Shown here: positions 28,268 to 36,467 of the stretch, one piece after another
How the letters are laid out: the number at the start of each line of letters is the position of its first letter
Numbering within the stretch: the stretch's first letter is position 1
Program-made: the position numbers and the translations under genes
Notes under the pieces: generated by a model
The model's input: only the letters and a program-made list of their open reading frames with translations
Told to the model about the DNA's origin: nothing
The model's database searches: none
Source: a virus
Direction: 5' to 3' (one strand)
IMG/VR virus record: IMGVR_UViG_3300033149_004564
Span: 2,382 to 66,381 of that record
DNA: 64,000 bases

Positions 28268-30801
28268 TTAGTTCCAAAAGTCCAGGAAACGGTAATTGGA
28301 ACATCACGCATCCACGGCCACCGATTTCTTCTAAACTCTCTATCTACTATATCAAATACATCATCAAGTTCATCACTCACTGTATCAACTGTTACTGCAT
28401 CATGCACCTCAATATTCATACCACTTTTAAATCTTTCTCCTATCATAATCTTATCAATTTCAACCATACCGCCAAACATAATCCAAGTAGCAAGGTGTTG
28501 AATTGGTGTATTAATAACCTGCTTTTCATCAAGTGGACCACGCCGTCTAAAACCTGTGGGCATTTCTACATAACCGGTCCGTTTATAATCTTGTTTAGTC
28601 TGCTCTTGCCATTCAAATAAATCTTTATATTCATTCTCAAGCATTCTAATACAATGAATAATATGCTTTTTCGGTAAATTATATCCAGCTTGCATAAAAT
28701 GCCCACAAATTGAATCATCTTGACTACCATAAAATTTTGGAAACACAAAATTACTTTTTGTAAAATCTCTATTTTTCTCAGCCACCCTATCAGTAGCAAC
28801 ATCAAATAATTTTGCTGCCCATTTTGAGTGTATATCAACCCTGTCTTTTATTTGTTTTGTTAAAATTTTATCTTCAGAAACCATAGCCATTACCGCAACT
28901 TCCATTGCTTTACCATCACCCTCAAGAAAATAATCAAACTTTGGTATTATACATTTACGAACAACTTTTTGCTCTTCATCTCTTTTTGGTACATTCTGCA
29001 AATTTGGATCGTGTGAATTACTTCTAATTGTATCAGTCATTAAATCAAAAGATGGATGAATTAAATTATCTTCATCAACCAGGGTGCGCCAAGAGTGTAA
29101 ATATGTTTTCAAAAACTTAGTTGTTTTTTTACAATCAATAACCTTTGTAATAAAAATTTTTATTTCTTTACTTTTTACTCTATCTTTTAATTCAATCAAA
29201 CTTGCTGCATCAACTTTATATTTACCGGTTGCTGTTTTTCTTCCATCATAATCTATACCAAGAATTGAATAAAACAGTGTTGCAAGCTGATCTGGGCTGT
29301 TTATATTTAATCGTTTTCCTTCTTTGCTATAAAATTTTTTACCAAACAAATCGGCACACTCTCGTTTTAATCTATCAATTTTTTTCTGTCCTGCTTTGTA
29401 TTGTTTATCAAGTTCTTCTAAATCTATTTTTATTCCACGCTGTTCCATTCTTGCAAACACATGTAAAACTTTCTCTTGTATCTTATGCCCTTTTAATAAA
29501 TGTTTATCCATTATTTTTAGTTGCCACTGCTGAATCATCTTTGTATATCTTGCATCAAGAATACCATACATTACAGCTTTCTGTAATGGATACATTTCTA
29601 ATCGTTTAACATCTATATCTGAATCATATGTTGAACCAGCCAAACAAAATACTTGTGTTTTTAGTCCAGATAATCCTTTCCTTTCATCAAGTAAATGAGC
29701 AGTATGTTGAGTACAAAATGAAACATTTGTAGGCCAAACACCTAAATGTTTAATAACCCAACGCATGTCAAATTTTCTGTTCTGGGCTATTTTAAGCGTC
29801 TTATGCTGCAATAATTGTTGCAGCAAAATAACTATATCTTTTCTCTCAGTTTCAGTCCAACCGGGCCAGTATGAACCTTGAGAAGGAAAATCAATCGGAA
29901 CCCCATAACCAATTTTACTTGAAAATGCTATTGAAAATATTAAAATTTTTGCATCAGCAACATAGGGATTTAATCCTCTTGTTTCAAGATCAAAAGAAAA
30001 CGGTTTAAGGTTTTCGTCTGCTATCCAAGAGCTTAATAATTCTTTAATCTCTTTATATTTAATCAATATTTTGTTGCCAGTATTCTCATCAAGCTTTGGA
30101 AAATCATGCGAACCAATCTCAAGTAAATGTTTCAATTCAGCATTAAACAAATGCCTAACAGAATCATCATCATTGTTGTAAACAACATGAGCAGGATGAT
30201 ATGAAAATCCTATTTTACAATTATATTTATTTGACCAAAAAACAGTTTTTCTTGCAAGCTGCCAAGTCATATCTACGCGCCTTGAATCTGATGCTTCCAA
30301 CATATAATTATAAACATTCTCACCAAAACAAAGGATCAAATCTGGTTTATACTCAGCAAGTTGTAAATCAAGCCTTTGTTGCATACAGCTAACAACAATA
30401 TTTTTAGCTGGAAATTTATTTGCTTTATCAACAGCGGGTGGAAGCGGCCTACACTGCACAAGATTAAATTGTCTTAAATCTTTATCAAGTGAAATATTAA
30501 GTTTTGAAAATGCTCTTTTTAATACCTTACCAGATTTTCCACGAAACGGTTTATTTTTATTATCCTCTTCTCTACCAGGAGATTCACCAACAACAGCAAT
30601 TGAAAGCTCTCCGCCGCCGTATGGTTCCATTTGTGGAGAAAGCGGAGCATTAAATAGTGGGCACTGTTTACCACACTCAATTAATTTTGTGCTTTCCCTT
30701 CCCTTACCCTTTCTTTTTGTACTCACTTTAGAATAATATGATTCATCAATGTGGCGGCCCAACAGATAACTAACATCAAGGTCAAAATTTTTATCTGCCA
30801 T
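28243..30801 (-). CDS. polA: family A DNA polymerase fused to an N-terminal family-4-like uracil-DNA glycosylase domain and a 3'-5' exonuclease
   Basis: UDG 'VGESPG.EED...PF.G.SG', 'CRP', 'HPA'; Exo 'FDLET', 'KFD', 'YGILDA'; Pol 'PNLQNVP', 'DGKAME', 'K..FVFP.FYG', 'VHDA'. Confidence 0.92.
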   Translation of the reverse strand: MADKNFDLDVSYLLGRHIDESYYSKVSTKRKGKGRESTKLIECGKQCPLFNAPLSPQMEPYGGGELSIAVVGESPGREEDNKNKPFRGKSGKVLKRAFSKLNISLDKDLRQFNLVQCRPLPPAVDKANKFPAKNIVVSCMQQRLDLQLAEYKPDLILCFGENVYNYMLEASDSRRVDMTWQLARKTVFWSNKYNCKIGFSYHPAHVVYNNDDDSVRHLFNAELKHLLEIGSHDFPKLDENTGNKILIKYKEIKELLSSWIADENLKPFSFDLETRGLNPYVADAKILIFSIAFSSKIGYGVPIDFPSQGSYWPGWTETERKDIVILLQQLLQHKTLKIAQNRKFDMRWVIKHLGVWPTNVSFCTQHTAHLLDERKGLSGLKTQVFCLAGSTYDSDIDVKRLEMYPLQKAVMYGILDARYTKMIQQWQLKIMDKHLLKGHKIQEKVLHVFARMEQRGIKIDLEELDKQYKAGQKKIDRLKRECADLFGKKFYSKEGKRLNINSPDQLATLFYSILGIDYDGRKTATGKYKVDAASLIELKDRVKSKEIKIFITKVIDCKKTTKFLKTYLHSWRTLVDEDNLIHPSFDLMTDTIRSNSHDPNLQNVPKRDEEQKVVRKCIIPKFDYFLEGDGKAMEVAVMAMVSEDKILTKQIKDRVDIHSKWAAKLFDVATDRVAEKNRDFTKSNFVFPKFYGSQDDSICGHFMQAGYNLPKKHIIHCIRMLENEYKDLFEWQEQTKQDYKRTGYVEMPTGFRRRGPLDEKQVINTPIQHLATWIMFGGMVEIDKIMIGERFKSGMNIEVHDAVTVDTVSDELDDVFDIVDREFRRNRWPWMRDVPITVSWTFGTNWLSMEKI

Positions 30802-30804
30802 TTA

Positions 30805-31206
30805 TTACTCCGAGTTTTCCCAGTTCCGTAGTTGTTCGTCTGTTACACCGTTTCTAAATTGGGGTAACTTTTTTATCATTTTCTTTTCGCGCAACTCAAG
30901 CACCTTGCATTCCATCCAAAAGAGCATTGCATAATTGGCTAAATCTGCTGCTTCAATTTGCATACAAGCTGGGTGTCTTGTTACACCAGATATTATTTTA
31001 CGTTCTTCAAGCTGCATTGAAATCTGATTTAGCTTTTTTACAAGCTTATGATAAAGCTCCTCTGTTTGATAACTTGTATAGTGCTTTTCTCCATATTTAC
31101 AATCGCCGTACGACATACGCTTCTTACACTGATCAAAGAACTTATCCATAATTTGATCTTGAGTAAGTTTTAACTTTGGTTTCTTTTTATTTTTCTTTTT
31201 CATCAA
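30805..31206 (-). CDS. MazG-like/all-alpha dNTP pyrophosphatase-type protein
   Basis: 'RMSYG..KYG' and 'EAADLANYAM'. Confidence 0.5.
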   Translation of the reverse strand: MMKKKNKKKPKLKLTQDQIMDKFFDQCKKRMSYGDCKYGEKHYTSYQTEELYHKLVKKLNQISMQLEERKIISGVTRHPACMQIEAADLANYAMLFWMECKVLELREKKMIKKLPQFRNGVTDEQLRNWENSE

Positions 31207-31226
31207 TTACCACCCCATACCTAAAC

Positions 31227-31469
31227 TTATACACATTTTTCGTAAACCCCATTTTCTTGATTCCAACTATACACAGCATTAAAAACATCTAACTTAACAT
31301 CTGAAACCGCTTCTGCTTTCCTAATGGAAAAGTTAGATGCAACTGGAGTTTCTTTTGTAAACTTCTGACGTTCTAATGCTGCTAAAGCTTCCTGAGCTTC
31401 ATCATATAAACCATCAACTAAATCGTAACCCCCAACAAGTTTATAAAACACCCCATATTGAATTTTCAT
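31227..31469 (-). CDS. hypothetical protein (start MKIQ at 31469)
   Basis: ATG overlaps the stop of the upstream HNH remnant. Confidence 0.5.
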   Translation of the reverse strand: MKIQYGVFYKLVGGYDLVDGLYDEAQEALAALERQKFTKETPVASNFSIRKAEAVSDVKLDVFNAVYSWNQENGVYEKCV

Positions 31470-31618
31470 TCTGACCCACCCAGCGGCTTCAATACCCGCT
31501 CCCGCCCACACCCACACCGGCAGAGCCAGGTGATATTTTTGCGCTTGTCACGCCCGGCTATTCTCAGCACCACCCAGCGCCCATATCGTTGCCCTATTAT
31601 ATCAATAAACTTACCCAT
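31466..31618 (-). pseudogene. truncated HNH homing endonuclease N-terminus (50 aa, not in the ORF track)
   Basis: MGKFIDIIGQRYGRWVVLRIAGRDKRKNITWLCRCGCGRE matches the start of 44607-45215. Confidence 0.75.
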
Positions 31619-31620
31619 AT

Positions 31621-31815
31621 TTAATTCTCGTCATTAAAAATGTCCCCAGTCGTACATCCTAAAGTCTTTGCCCAGGTTTTCTTTTCTGCGTCCGAAAGCG
31701 TCTGTCGCCCACAGACAACCCTTGAGATTGTTTGTTCTTGCGTCCTAACGGCTCGCGCAAAGCTGAATTGGGTTTTGAATTGTTCAATGATCTTAATTTT
31801 CAACACAGTATTCAT
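31621..31815 (-). CDS. XRE/Cro-type HTH protein
   Basis: 'TQFSFARAVRTQEQTISRVVCGR...WAKTLGC...DIF'. Confidence 0.8.
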   Translation of the reverse strand: MNTVLKIKIIEQFKTQFSFARAVRTQEQTISRVVCGRQTLSDAEKKTWAKTLGCTTGDIFNDEN

Positions 31816-31849
31816 GCTTGTTCCTATTTTAAGTGTACGCTATAATAAC

Positions 31850-31878
31850 ATTATAATACAAGAACTCCACGTTGTCAA
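31850..31878 (-). promoter_or_regulatory. perfect sigma70 promoter
   Basis: TTGACA-N17-TATAAT upstream of the HTH gene. Confidence 0.85.
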
Positions 31879-31904
31879 GCCCATCTTTGTGAATCTTCTA
31901 TTTG

Positions 31905-32957
31905 CTACTCATCGTCCGACTCTCCCATCACAAAGTAGTTGAAGTTTTGCTCAACAAATTCTATCATAACAGGATTTTGATAAATAATAACTTTTGGGTT
32001 ATACTTCAAAATGTCTTTCAGCAGTAATGGATTAATCTGAAAAGCAATCTTTGTTTTGCCTAAATCATTCTCAAGTTTTATCTTCTCAATTATCTTGCCA
32101 CGACTTGAGATTGATCTGATAGTTACAACATTTGATGAAAATTCAAGTTTAATTCTTTTCTCTAATTCTGGTAAATCACCAAGCATAATTTCATGTCTGC
32201 TTAAAGCATCTTTCATTGATTCAGGAAAAACCCCAATCTCAATAAATTCTTTGCTTCTAAATTTTTTAATTGTTGCAAGTGGTGAAACAGTAAGATCAAA
32301 CTTCAACAAACTACCAAATAATCTTGTATCACCAGCAGAAAAAACAATTTCATCTCCATCATCATTCTCTTTAATACAATATGAATCCAAATCATGGTCA
32401 ATTAATTTAGATGCAAAATCTGGTGTCATTACATAAATATCATCAATCTTTGTTCCTAAATTTACCATCATTAAATTATATCTATCAATTGCAAAAGCGT
32501 ATTTTTTATAAAAAATTATCCCAGTTCTGCAACCAAGAGATATATCAGTTGAAACAGCAAACCTACAAACTTGCAATGCCTCTTTATAATTCTTAGGAAT
32601 TTTCCGTACATCTACAAGATTAAAATCTAATTCTGGAAATGCTATATCATCTAAACATTTTATACTACCAATCAATGACTTTGTCCTAACACTAATTGTA
32701 TCTGCTTTACACCCAAGATTAATCTCTTTCGTTTTAATAGATGAAATTAATTTATAAAAAATATCACCAGGAATTAACCCATTAATATCAGCAAGACTAA
32801 AAGAAACTTGTATACCATTATATCCATCGTATGCTTGCAATAGTTTACCGGTAGAGTTAATTACAGAAAATTCTTGCATTTCTCCACCAGCCTGTAAAAA
32901 AGGCATTAACTTTCCAACTGTGGTAACAACATCTGCTCTATCCATGGTTTTCCTCAA
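31905..32957 (-). CDS. dnaN: sliding clamp (DnaN beta-like)
   Basis: 350 aa; 'FPEL', 'CRFAVSTD', 'AIDRYNL', 'INPLLLKDIL'. Confidence 0.75.
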   Translation of the reverse strand: MRKTMDRADVVTTVGKLMPFLQAGGEMQEFSVINSTGKLLQAYDGYNGIQVSFSLADINGLIPGDIFYKLISSIKTKEINLGCKADTISVRTKSLIGSIKCLDDIAFPELDFNLVDVRKIPKNYKEALQVCRFAVSTDISLGCRTGIIFYKKYAFAIDRYNLMMVNLGTKIDDIYVMTPDFASKLIDHDLDSYCIKENDDGDEIVFSAGDTRLFGSLLKFDLTVSPLATIKKFRSKEFIEIGVFPESMKDALSRHEIMLGDLPELEKRIKLEFSSNVVTIRSISSRGKIIEKIKLENDLGKTKIAFQINPLLLKDILKYNPKVIIYQNPVMIEFVEQNFNYFVMGESDDE

Positions 32958-32966
32958 TTATAACTA

Positions 32967-33665
32967 TCAAAGATTAAGATATCGAGAAACAGCAGTAATT
33001 ATATTTTTTCTTTTCTTCTCATCTATAATCAATAATTTAGATTGTGCTTTTTGATACATTTCTAAAAATAGCTTTTTATTATCAAACCTAAGTTCAACAC
33101 CATTCAGATAAAGAGCAAGCCATTTATCAAAACAACCGTGACAAGCACCACAATAGCTGTCTACACTATTTGTATCACAACAGGTGGTTGTGTTTAATAA
33201 ATGTGCTATTTTCTGTTCAGCAATACCAAATCCATTTGAAAAATACCACTCAACAACTTCAACTTTTGAAAGATGCCAAAATGGACTGAGTACTGTTATT
33301 TTTCTATGATTTAATTCTGATAAAAATTTTGAAAATGATTTAAATATTTGTGGTGTTAGCCTTGTTTCTCCTTGCACTTCTACAAGATAAATTGTATCAG
33401 AATATTGTGTAGCAAAAAAAGCAAAAAACAATTCTCTATACACCGCAAAATCATAAGCAGGAGAAAAAATTTTATTTAAAATATCTTTATACCTATAAAA
33501 AGAATCATCAATTATTGTAGCTGGCAATAATTTATTGATAGCATTAAATTCTTTTTTATTATCTGTTTTAAAAAATAAGGTAGGAACATTACCAAGATAT
33601 GACTGAGCTATAAACGAGCTTAATCCACCAGATACTAATAATATTGTAGGAAATTTATCTGACAT
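32967..33665 (-). CDS. queC: QueC-like PP-loop protein with degenerate motif
   Basis: 'LLVSGGLSS' (canonical SGGLDS), 'SPFWHLSKVEVV', 'TTCC....CGACHGC'. Confidence 0.65.
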   Translation of the reverse strand: MSDKFPTILLVSGGLSSFIAQSYLGNVPTLFFKTDNKKEFNAINKLLPATIIDDSFYRYKDILNKIFSPAYDFAVYRELFFAFFATQYSDTIYLVEVQGETRLTPQIFKSFSKFLSELNHRKITVLSPFWHLSKVEVVEWYFSNGFGIAEQKIAHLLNTTTCCDTNSVDSYCGACHGCFDKWLALYLNGVELRFDNKKLFLEMYQKAQSKLLIIDEKKRKNIITAVSRYLNL

Positions 33666-33674
33666 TATATTTTA

Positions 33675-33785
33675 AAAATAGTCTGACTGCTCTATTTTAC
33701 CTGCAACCTGCTCTTTTTTACCTGCAACCACACGAGTGGCAGAAGCATTTAGGGTAAAATTCCCAGGAAACAGTCAGACTATTTT
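33675..33785. repeat. 15-bp perfect inverted repeat enclosing a 21-nt tandem repeat (structured RNA candidate)
   Basis: AAAATAGTCTGACTG/CAGTCAGACTATTTT; CTGCTCT(A/T)TTTTACCTGCAAC x2 at 33687-33728. Confidence 0.8.
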
Positions 33786-33814
33786 GCCCCATTCAAATGT
33801 GAAAGAGAATAAAA

Positions 33815-34525
33815 TTATCCGATGCTAAGAATACCCTTCTTACTCACTTTCACAACCCAACCATAGGCAATACCCCAACGATATAGGCGCCACCACATAT
33901 CATATTTAGCCCGTGTATGTCCCTTTTTCTTCTCATTCATCAACCGATCAATAATATCATCCTCTGTACACTTCTTTGACAAAATTGCAGAAAGAATAAT
34001 TCCATGATCTGAGCCTTTACGAAAACCAATAAACTCATTTGTAGTCTTTGACTTAAGCACACCAGCACCAACTCTGGGTTCTCTGGCCTTTGCTGGTTTA
34101 TCAGCCTTCTTACTACTCTTCTTACTGCTCTTCTTACCAGTAGCTTTCTTCTTTACTGACTTTACTTCTTCAGGCTTCTCACTCTCAAGCTCAAGTTCAT
34201 CTTCCACACCATCATCTTCTTCCTCAGTTTCCTCTTCTTCAAAACCATCTTCGGCGGCAACCGCCGTCTCGATTTCCTCTTTCTCGATTTCCTCTTTCTC
34301 GGTTTCCTCTTCCTCAAGTTCATCATCATCTACTTCTTCAGGCTCCTCTTCATCTAACTCTTCCTCAGATTCCTCTTCAGAATCATCATCAGAAAATTCA
34401 AGATCATCTTCATCTACATCAACTTCTTCAAGCTCCTCTTCATCATCAATTTCATCAACAAGAGCTTTTTCATTCTTACTCTTATTCTTAATCTTTTCAG
34501 ACTTTTTATTCTTCTTCTTCGACAT
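33815..34525 (-). CDS. highly acidic protein with basic linker and small C-terminal domain
   Basis: ~100-aa D/E tract, then KKSSKK, then a folded-looking domain. Confidence 0.75.
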   Translation of the reverse strand: MSKKKNKKSEKIKNKSKNEKALVDEIDDEEELEEVDVDEDDLEFSDDDSEEESEEELDEEEPEEVDDDELEEEETEKEEIEKEEIETAVAAEDGFEEEETEEEDDGVEDELELESEKPEEVKSVKKKATGKKSSKKSSKKADKPAKAREPRVGAGVLKSKTTNEFIGFRKGSDHGIILSAILSKKCTEDDIIDRLMNEKKKGHTRAKYDMWWRLYRWGIAYGWVVKVSKKGILSIG

Positions 34526-34580
34526 TTTACAGCCCCTTAAATAAATAATAAAAAGAAAACAAACAAGTGAAAAATTTATT

Positions 34581-35036
34581 TCAGCAACAGTTATTTATAA
34601 ATATCAAAAAGTTTTCCCCCCTAAAATAAAGTACTATTGGTTTTTCTTTATCGTGTTTGAATCGACCATCAAAAGGAATTTGAAGTTTAAGCTTTGCAGA
34701 AGGAAATATTTTCTTTATAGATTCAAAAGTGCCACCTCGGTTTATTTCAAAATTATTACCATAACCTTTATCAATGTGCACAATCCCAGTAGTCTGTACA
34801 TTAAGTTGATTCCCTTTACTATCAATCGCAGCAAAATCAGTGCAATCTATAATAATAACTGTATCACGGTGATTTGTTATTTCAATATGTAAATACCCCG
34901 CAAATCTAAGAAGCTTTGTGATTCGATACTCAATGCCATCAACCGTTCTCGGTGCGTCTTTTGTCTTTTTACCATCAATTTTAATAGCAAAAACCAATGA
35001 CGGAAAAAGTAGCATAAGAAGAACCAAAGATTTCAT
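34581..35036 (-). CDS. exported protein
   Basis: signal peptide MKSLVLLMLLFPSLVFA. Confidence 0.6.
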   Translation of the reverse strand: MKSLVLLMLLFPSLVFAIKIDGKKTKDAPRTVDGIEYRITKLLRFAGYLHIEITNHRDTVIIIDCTDFAAIDSKGNQLNVQTTGIVHIDKGYGNNFEINRGGTFESIKKIFPSAKLKLQIPFDGRFKHDKEKPIVLYFRGENFLIFINNCC

Positions 35037-35124
35037 TTCTCCCCCATATATATTGAACTTTTAGAATTAATGAATAAAAACAGAAAGATAAAACAAAACG
35101 CAACAACTAAATTAAATATTGACA

Positions 35125-35433
35125 TGGAAAGCATTCGGGATTTGAACCCGTAAATTGCGCAATTGAAATTAACGTCTCTATAACGTTAGAGCAACGAATC
35201 GGTATTTTCCCAGCATCATCAAAGTTTTCGTTAATTCCTGGGAGTTGCGTCGTCCCTTCAAAGTTTTCAGTACAGGTTACCTAACTCTATTCTGCAATTC
35301 AAGAGGAGTTGTCTGCAATTTCCGATTAACTCACAGACTACCGGTTTGTCCGTCTCTTCCTCTAACTCTGGAAAATAGAGGTTTGATCCACAGTACCTAA
35401 GCCGTAATCCGACTATCGGCTGCCATACTTCCC
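35125..35433 (-). ncRNA. ~310-nt tRNA-ended structured RNA, tmRNA-like
   Basis: 5' GGGAAGTAT pairs with 3' ATGCTTTCC-A (G3.U70, A73); T arm CGGG-TTCAAAT-CCCG; several internal helices and possible pseudoknots; promoter motif upstream. Confidence 0.6.
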
Positions 35434-35488
35434 ATGTCAAAGAACAAACACAACAAAAAACCTTAAAATTATACTTGTTGATTTTACC

Positions 35489-35506
35489 CTCTATTATATT
35501 ATACAA
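35489..35506 (-). promoter_or_regulatory. conserved phage promoter motif copy
   Basis: TTGTATAATATAATAGAG. Confidence 0.75.
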
Positions 35507-35522
35507 AATTTTCTTGGAATTA

Positions 35523-36467
35523 TTAAATTTTTTCCGCGCTCTCCATTAACCCAAACATTTTTTCTCTACCAAGGCTGTCTGGATCTTCGCCGGCAGGCAA
35601 AATTAAAACCCTAACACACTTAAAAAGTGGAGATATTGTCTCTGCAACTTTGATGCTTTTTATTGTTGCATCAGCATCCCAACCAATATATACAGTACGA
35701 ATATCGTGTTGTAATAATAAAAGCAATTGGGCTTGTGTCAAATTATTTCTAAATGAAGCAACAGTGTTTGAACCCATACGCCATCGATCAAAAATTCCTT
35801 CAACGATTAATATCCAATTTTTCTTTTGCTTATGCAGCCAGTAAAGGTGTTCACCAAAAGAAAACCCAGGATTTAAATATGATAATATTCTTTTACTCTT
35901 TTTTCTTTGTAGATTTCTTGCTTGAAAAGAAACACGTTGTCCAATACTATTATAAATTGGTAAAATTATTCTATTTTTATATTTTCCTACACCACAAAAA
36001 TACGCTTTATAATATTCAGCTTTCTTTTTTGAAAACCCCCTAAATTTTAAAAAAGACTCCATTGCTTTTATATCTTTTGTTCTTGGTGGTAATGCTATGC
36101 TACTTTTATATTTATTATTTATCACTTCTTTTTTTGGAAAAAACCTCTCTCTTAATTTAATGCTTGTTGGAGTTGGATCATTTATATAAGAATTTTTTAC
36201 AAGCGAAAAAAATTCTGGATACTTTATACCAGTTAATTTAGCAAGCAAGTCAAAAAGACTACCATTTGCACCACAACGGAAACAAGAGAAATTAAACGTT
36301 TCATTAAATATCCCACAATGAAAACCACTATCAATAGAAGTGCAGAAAGGGCAACAAACACCAACAAAACAAGCTGTTCCAACGTTCTTGTGACCCGGCA
36401 ATCGCCACTCAATTGAATATTCATCGAGGTGGCCTTTCAAATCAAAGTTTTTTAAATTAAGTGGCAT
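35523..36467 (-). CDS. DNA primase (Zn finger plus TOPRIM)
   Basis: CPFC...H...CFRC; 'RIILPI', 'IVEGIFD', 'WDAD', 'EDPD'. Confidence 0.9.
   Translation of the reverse strand: MPLNLKNFDLKGHLDEYSIEWRLPGHKNVGTACFVGVCCPFCTSIDSGFHCGIFNETFNFSCFRCGANGSLFDLLAKLTGIKYPEFFSLVKNSYINDPTPTSIKLRERFFPKKEVINNKYKSSIALPPRTKDIKAMESFLKFRGFSKKKAEYYKAYFCGVGKYKNRIILPIYNSIGQRVSFQARNLQRKKSKRILSYLNPGFSFGEHLYWLHKQKKNWILIVEGIFDRWRMGSNTVASFRNNLTQAQLLLLLQHDIRTVYIGWDADATIKSIKVAETISPLFKCVRVLILPAGEDPDSLGREKMFGLMESAEKI

Noticed and set aside
28243-30801. Z-genome (DpoZ/PurZ) system or an intein in the polymerase
   Set aside because: No purZ in the window, no intein motifs, and the length fits UDG+Exo+Pol
35125-35433. Group I intron within a tRNA
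   Set aside because: Intron-like P7 words fall on inconsistent strands and no clean anticodon arm can be rebuilt
35267-35506. 79-aa ORF
   Set aside because: Its start lies within the promoter motif and it overlaps the structured RNA
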